NCBI GenBank assembly: GCA_965205955.1
Contig: OZ242192.1
Span: forward strand, 1,541,118 to 1,605,117
Source of the DNA: Gammaproteobacteria bacterium
GTDB taxonomy: Bacteria; Pseudomonadota; Gammaproteobacteria; Eutrophobiales; Eutrophobiaceae
Direction of reading: 5' to 3'
Length of the DNA stretch: 64,000 nt
Part shown: positions 59,155 to 64,000 of the stretch, in pieces
How positions within the stretch are numbered: position 1 is the first letter of the stretch
How the letters are laid out: each line of letters begins with the position of its first letter
Position numbers and translations under genes: made by a program
Notes under the pieces: model-generated
Seen by the model: the letters and a program-made list of their open reading frames with translations, nothing else
Database searches by the model: none
What the model was told of the DNA's origin: nothing

Positions 59155-61263
59155 TTACAGTCCGCCCAGATTATCGATGGGATTGTCTTCGTTGACGGTT
59201 TTTAATTCGGCCGGCAAATTGGATCCGGGCACAATCAGGTCATGGAGTATATTTGCCGTCTCATTCAACAGGATATCGATCTGTTCGGTTTCGTCTGCAT
59301 CTGCATCTTCATCGTCACTGAGCGGTTTCAGCCCCTGTAACTTCCGCATTTTGTTTTGTATATCTTTTCTTTTTCTGAGTATGTCTTCTCTTTCCCGGCT
59401 GCGTTGGGCCTCCAACAGGGAAATGTTCTCGCGTTCGCTATTAGTGCGTGTCAATTCAATGTCTTCCAGGAAGAGTTTGAAGAGTTCATCGTTTTCTATG
59501 CGGGATATGTGTTTTGCTTTTGCGATGGAAAAGGTATGTGTGGGCGCGCCGGCGGTTCTGTATTTGGCCGGTTTTACTTCATCCCAGGGCAGGGCGTTGT
59601 CATAGGCGCGCTCGCCATGCTTGGAAGAGTCTTCCGCAGTCGGGAAAATAATATCCGGCACTACGCCTTTATATTGATTGCTGCCGCCGCTGATGCGGTA
59701 GAATTGGGCAACGGTAGTCTTCAGGCGGCCAAGATCACTGTCGAAATTTTTTGTCAGGTGATTCAGGTTAATCATACTTTGTACGGTCCCTTTGCCGAAA
59801 GTTGGCTCTCCGATGATTATCCCTCTTTGGTAATCTTGTATCGCGCCGGCAAAGATCTCGGAAGCGGAGGCGCTGTTGCGGTTCACCAGCACCGCCAGAG
59901 GGCCGTTATAGCTGATCCCCGGTTCGGGGTCTTTGTTGATTTCCACGCGCCCGGCAGAGTCTTTTGTTTGTACAATCGGCCCCTGATCGATAAACAGGCC
60001 GGTCAATTCGAGCGCTTCAAACAATGAGCCGCCACCGTTATTACGCAGATCGACAATCAGTCCGTTCATGCCCTGCTTTTCCAGCTCATCAATTAATTTT
60101 CTGACGTCCCGGGTTGTGCTCTTGTAGTTCTTTTCTCTTTTTGATTGGGCAACAAAGTCTATATAGAAGGTGGGTATATTGATAACGCCGATCTTTGTAT
60201 TTTTTTCAGGCAGTTCAATAATCGATGAGCTTGCCGCCTGTTCCTCCAGTTTGATTTTATCGCGCGTCAATGTAATCAGTTTTGCCGGTTCTTCATAGCC
60301 GTTGTCTTTTTTCAGCACCCCTAAGCGCAATTGGGTATTCTTCGGACCGCGTATTTTGTCCACAACATCATCGAGGCGCCAGCCGATTACATCGATAATG
60401 TTGCCATCGGTTCCCTGACCGACGCCTACTATTCTGTCTTCGGCCTTTAATTGCCCGCTCAATTCGGCCGGGCCGCCCGGTATGATTTTTACTACCTGGG
60501 TATAATCGTTTTCACCGCGCAATACCGCGCCGATCCCTTCCAGGGAAAGGCGCATGCTGATATCGAAATTTTCCGAAGTTCGTGGAGAAAAGTAGGCGGT
60601 GTGAGGCTCTATAGCGGTAGTATAAGCATTGATAAAGGATTGGAAGATGTCATTGGAATTGAGTTGATGGATGCTGGTTCTCAAGCGCTTATATCGGGCG
60701 GTCAATAGCTTATTTATTTCTTCTTCTTTCTTTTCGGCGAGTCGCAGATTGAGCACGTCATTTTTGACTCTTTTGCGCCATATCGTGTTTATTTGTTGCT
60801 CGTTCCAGGGCCAGGATGCCTCCCTGCGGTCAAAGCGATAGGTCTCGTTCTTGTTGAAATCAAATTCTTCATTGAGCAAATTGACGGCATAGGCGGATCG
60901 CTCATCTACACGTTGACGATAGCGTTTGAAGATTTTAAATGCGAGGGATAGGTCCAGTTCGTGTATTGCATCATCGATCTTGTGTCGGTATTGCATGAAT
61001 TCATCAATATCTTTTTGAATAAAATAGGATTTATTCTGATCGAGAATTTTCAGGTAGTTGGTCAATATGATGGACGAAAGCGAATCGTCCAGGTTGGTTT
61101 TTTTGTAATGCTCCTTCGAAAGGATGCGGCTGATTAATTCAATTGCCTTTTCATGCCCTTTCTGCTGATTGAGCTCTGACAGAGGCACTACAGGGATTTC
61201 CGCCCTTGCCTGATAGAAGGCAAGCACTGATACCAGGATGAGTGAGATTGATTTTAACTGCAT
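59155..61263 (-). CDS. prc: carboxy-terminal processing (tail-specific) protease
   Basis: Signal peptide, PDZ domain, S41 catalytic region (GLIVDLRNNGGGSL, Ser/Lys dyad). Confidence 0.85.
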   Translation of the reverse strand: MQLKSISLILVSVLAFYQARAEIPVVPLSELNQQKGHEKAIELISRILSKEHYKKTNLDDSLSSIILTNYLKILDQNKSYFIQKDIDEFMQYRHKIDDAIHELDLSLAFKIFKRYRQRVDERSAYAVNLLNEEFDFNKNETYRFDRREASWPWNEQQINTIWRKRVKNDVLNLRLAEKKEEEINKLLTARYKRLRTSIHQLNSNDIFQSFINAYTTAIEPHTAYFSPRTSENFDISMRLSLEGIGAVLRGENDYTQVVKIIPGGPAELSGQLKAEDRIVGVGQGTDGNIIDVIGWRLDDVVDKIRGPKNTQLRLGVLKKDNGYEEPAKLITLTRDKIKLEEQAASSSIIELPEKNTKIGVINIPTFYIDFVAQSKREKNYKSTTRDVRKLIDELEKQGMNGLIVDLRNNGGGSLFEALELTGLFIDQGPIVQTKDSAGRVEINKDPEPGISYNGPLAVLVNRNSASASEIFAGAIQDYQRGIIIGEPTFGKGTVQSMINLNHLTKNFDSDLGRLKTTVAQFYRISGGSNQYKGVVPDIIFPTAEDSSKHGERAYDNALPWDEVKPAKYRTAGAPTHTFSIAKAKHISRIENDELFKLFLEDIELTRTNSERENISLLEAQRSREREDILRKRKDIQNKMRKLQGLKPLSDDEDADADETEQIDILLNETANILHDLIVPGSNLPAELKTVNEDNPIDNLGGL

Positions 61264-61669
61264 CGAATTTCTAAATTTGTATGTTGGCTGGCGGTACTTG
61301 TCGCATATTCTGATGATAACCGATCGTTCGATTTCTGTCATAGTATTTGTGAATCAATGGGTAGAGTATATCTGAAATTTGGCTTATTTGTAAATTCTTT
61401 GTGAATAATTAATAAATACAGTATTTTAAGATATTTTTATCTAGTAAATTCTAGATAAATTCCATTCTATTAAACGAGGCCTCATCCGTATGGCTGGGCA
61501 TTGTGAAGATTGTGTAAATACGGTGAATCACGTCTGTATGTGGCCGTATCCGGCCTGCCTTGTGCAGGGAACTAATTGTATGTGTCAAGTCAATATATTT
61601 ACTGGCTTTTGTCTTGAGTTGGTGGATTGGTATGATGTGTTTGCGTTTCCTGGAAGGTGGATCTTTTGA

Positions 61670-62641
61670 TTGAACCGGGATTTTATGATGACCAGGGTTT
61701 ATAAAATTATAGCTTGCTTGCAGAGCTTAGGCAGCATTCCCCGCAATCTGGGTGCTGCGGCACTTGTTTTAGCTTGTTGTGGTGTCGTCCATGCCGATGA
61801 TATTTCCTGGGGGAATGCCCCGGGCAAACTGTATTCGGTAGACAACCACCGCCTGCATCTCAATTGCAAGGGTGATGGGCATCCGGTAGTAATTCTGGAG
61901 GCGGGATTGGGCGGCTTTTCCCTGGAATGGTTTTATGTGCAGGAGGATCTCGCCAAGCTGACGCAGGTATGCTCCTATGACAGGGCAGGCTATGGCTGGA
62001 GTGACTGGAGTCCGGGGCCTCGTACCACGATGCGGATTGTCGATGAATTGCACGCCTTATTGAAAACCGCTGAAATAAAACCCCCGTACCTGCTGGTAGG
62101 CCATTCCTTCGGCGGTTTCAATATGCTTTATTTTTCTAAATCTCATCCTGAATTGATCGCTGGATTGGTATTGGTGGATTCTTCTCACCCGGATCAATTC
62201 TCACGCTTGTCCGATATGCCCGGTTTGAACGAGGAAAACCGCTCCAGGCAAGTAATCAGCTTTTTTGACACGAGACGGGTGTTGTATTTATACCCTGAAA
62301 AAATTCGCGATCTTGCCTTGCAGTTTCTCACCAGCCGCAAGGCATTCGATACGCAGCGAAGAGAGCACGATAGCTTTAAAGATAGTGCGATGCAGGTCCG
62401 GGAATTAGGCAAGATGCCGGCACTGCCGATGATTGTTGTTTCCAGGGGAAAGAGTGAATGGCCGGATAATCCAAGGGGGCATACCCTGGAAAATTCATGG
62501 CAGGCGCTACAAAGGGAATTGCTTGATATGGTGCCTGATGGCACTCAGATGATCGCCGAAGGCAGCGGCCATTTAATTCAATTAGAGCGGCCGGACGTTG
62601 TGGTCAGGGCTGTATCGAAGATGCTGGATAAAATTAATTAA
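61670..62641 (+). CDS. secreted alpha/beta-hydrolase
   Basis: Signal peptide and nucleophile elbow VGHSFGG. Confidence 0.7.
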   Translation: MNRDFMMTRVYKIIACLQSLGSIPRNLGAAALVLACCGVVHADDISWGNAPGKLYSVDNHRLHLNCKGDGHPVVILEAGLGGFSLEWFYVQEDLAKLTQVCSYDRAGYGWSDWSPGPRTTMRIVDELHALLKTAEIKPPYLLVGHSFGGFNMLYFSKSHPELIAGLVLVDSSHPDQFSRLSDMPGLNEENRSRQVISFFDTRRVLYLYPEKIRDLALQFLTSRKAFDTQRREHDSFKDSAMQVRELGKMPALPMIVVSRGKSEWPDNPRGHTLENSWQALQRELLDMVPDGTQMIAEGSGHLIQLERPDVVVRAVSKMLDKIN

Positions 62642-63297
62642 AGGCAATGTTTCCGATGATGCCATAGTCGATGAACAGCGGGGCTTGAAAAAATGGTTTG
62701 ATGATAAAGACTTTGCGGCGGGGTATCACAATTTTGTATTCGGAAAAGCGGTCGATATTTGTTTCTTTTTGGTTCAAGATAACTAAGATGTGCTACTTGA
62801 ACATAGAGGAAATACAGTGTCAAAAATAAATACTTTACGAATTGTAGAGATGGTAAACAGTGGTACAAGACCTATATTGTTCAAAGATCCCAACGATCAT
62901 GACCGGTCAATTTTGAGGTGTCGTTTAAAACAAGACCTTTATTAATAACCAAGAGGAATAGTAAATCATGCCGACATACAATCCGGGAGATCCTTTTACG
63001 AAAACCAGCCCATGAGATCCTAATCGCATACATCCTGTGGATAAAACGCCTCGCCTACACAGGGGCGGAAAAATTCAACAACAAAAGATTTATTGGATTA
63101 GTGATAATTTCTGGTGTTGGTCGTGATGAGAAAAGAATACGTACTCCTTTACTTTCTTCTATTTTTCCAGGATTGCCTGGCATTTACTTATATCGATGTT
63201 GATAAATCTACTAATAGTAGAAATGGTGATATACATACTACAGAAGTTACCTATGAATATAAAAAAATCCCTAACTATGATAATAAGGGAGGGCTAA

Positions 63298-64000
63298 TGT
63301 ATTATACTGGACAGATATCTTTATTAAGAAAGCGATCTATAACAAGCAAAGAAGGGATAACTAGACCAAACAAAGAATGGGATTGGGATGAACCAAAATT
63401 TCTGCTTCGAACTAAGCAAACCCCTGGTTGCAAGGGGGATTTTCCTGTTATAAGCCCTATAGAAGTTCCCTTCTCTGTAGATGAAAGTAGAACGAAGAAA
63501 CTTATCGTCTTTTGTGGAAGTGACAACGGAAGGCATAACACTTTGCGATTCTATGATAGATTGGGTCCTGTATTCTCTCCAATTGACTTTTATGATGGAC
63601 CAGTTGATGTAAAAGAAGATGAGTCAGGAATATATTTTACTATTACTCATAAAGAATATTTTAAATCTATAGAGAGCACTATCCATTACCCTTTTGTATA
63701 TAGGCTAATCTTACCCAGGTACTGGCAAAACCCCTTGAATGTTGTTGAAACTTCAAAGTCCAGGGAACTGTATAGAAATCTTTTGGAAACAGAAAACAAA
63801 TCCTCTGACGATATGACATATTTCCTTAGATCTTTGATTTTCTTAACCCTTTCCAGAGACAAAGAAAACTATTGTAAACAATTCAGACAACAATCGATTA
63901 ATAAAAATAAACTTCAAGCAATTCAAGAAGACTTAGAGATCAATTTAGGAAATAAATTGGAGAAGAGTTTTCTTTACAATTGTCTGGCATCTTCTCATAT
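63298..64000 (+). CDS. hypothetical protein, ORF open to window end, in a strongly AT-rich tract
   Basis: Continuous reading frame from ATG 63298 to the window edge. No recognisable motif. Confidence 0.35.

Overview
The window is a gammaproteobacterial-style chromosomal segment of about 48% GC. It carries a conserved smc-zipA-ligA core, rpsO-pnp, acnB and mnmA, plus several lower-GC accessory patches.

The main signal is a compact type II-like CRISPR locus. A 1095-aa Cas9-like ORF on the minus strand (13631-16918) has RuvC-I, an arginine-rich bridge helix, RuvC-II, HNH and RuvC-III in canonical order. Directly downstream of it is an array of 7 x 36-bp repeats with 30-nt spacers (13127-13558). 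A second orphan repeat plus degenerate repeat sits at 11923-12024. A low-GC gene with two cNMP-binding domains and no output domain lies between the two repeat blocks. No cas1, cas2 or csn2 is found anywhere in the 64 kb, and no convincing tracrRNA is visible. Repeat-derived fragments in the cas9 5' leader and the orphan repeat are the only tracrRNA candidates. The crRNA strand is ambiguous: the + strand gives Neisseria-like repeat-embedded extended -10 promoters.

Other notable content:
- A cobalamin riboswitch, a BtuB-like receptor, a small permease and a PduO adenosyltransferase form a B12 module divergent from cas9.
- A DksA homolog carries a ~250-aa histone-H1-like K/A-rich N-terminal extension built from about eighteen 30-bp tandem repeats.
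- A mosaic defence island lies downstream of ligA: a RES-Xre toxin-antitoxin pair, a class 3 lipase, an MmeI-like type IIL RM enzyme with an abruptly G-depleted C-terminus, a GHKL-ATPase/STAS-like/TM cassette and a periplasmic ATP-dependent ligase (LigE). Short duplicated junction scars of the ligA 3' end and the RM gene 5' end mark it.
- There is a truncated Mrp/Mbh-like E-F-G-B module with no A/C/D subunits.
- A 1.1-kb tandem segmental duplication carries a membrane-protein paralog and an msrA 3' fragment.

No tRNA or rRNA genes were recognised.
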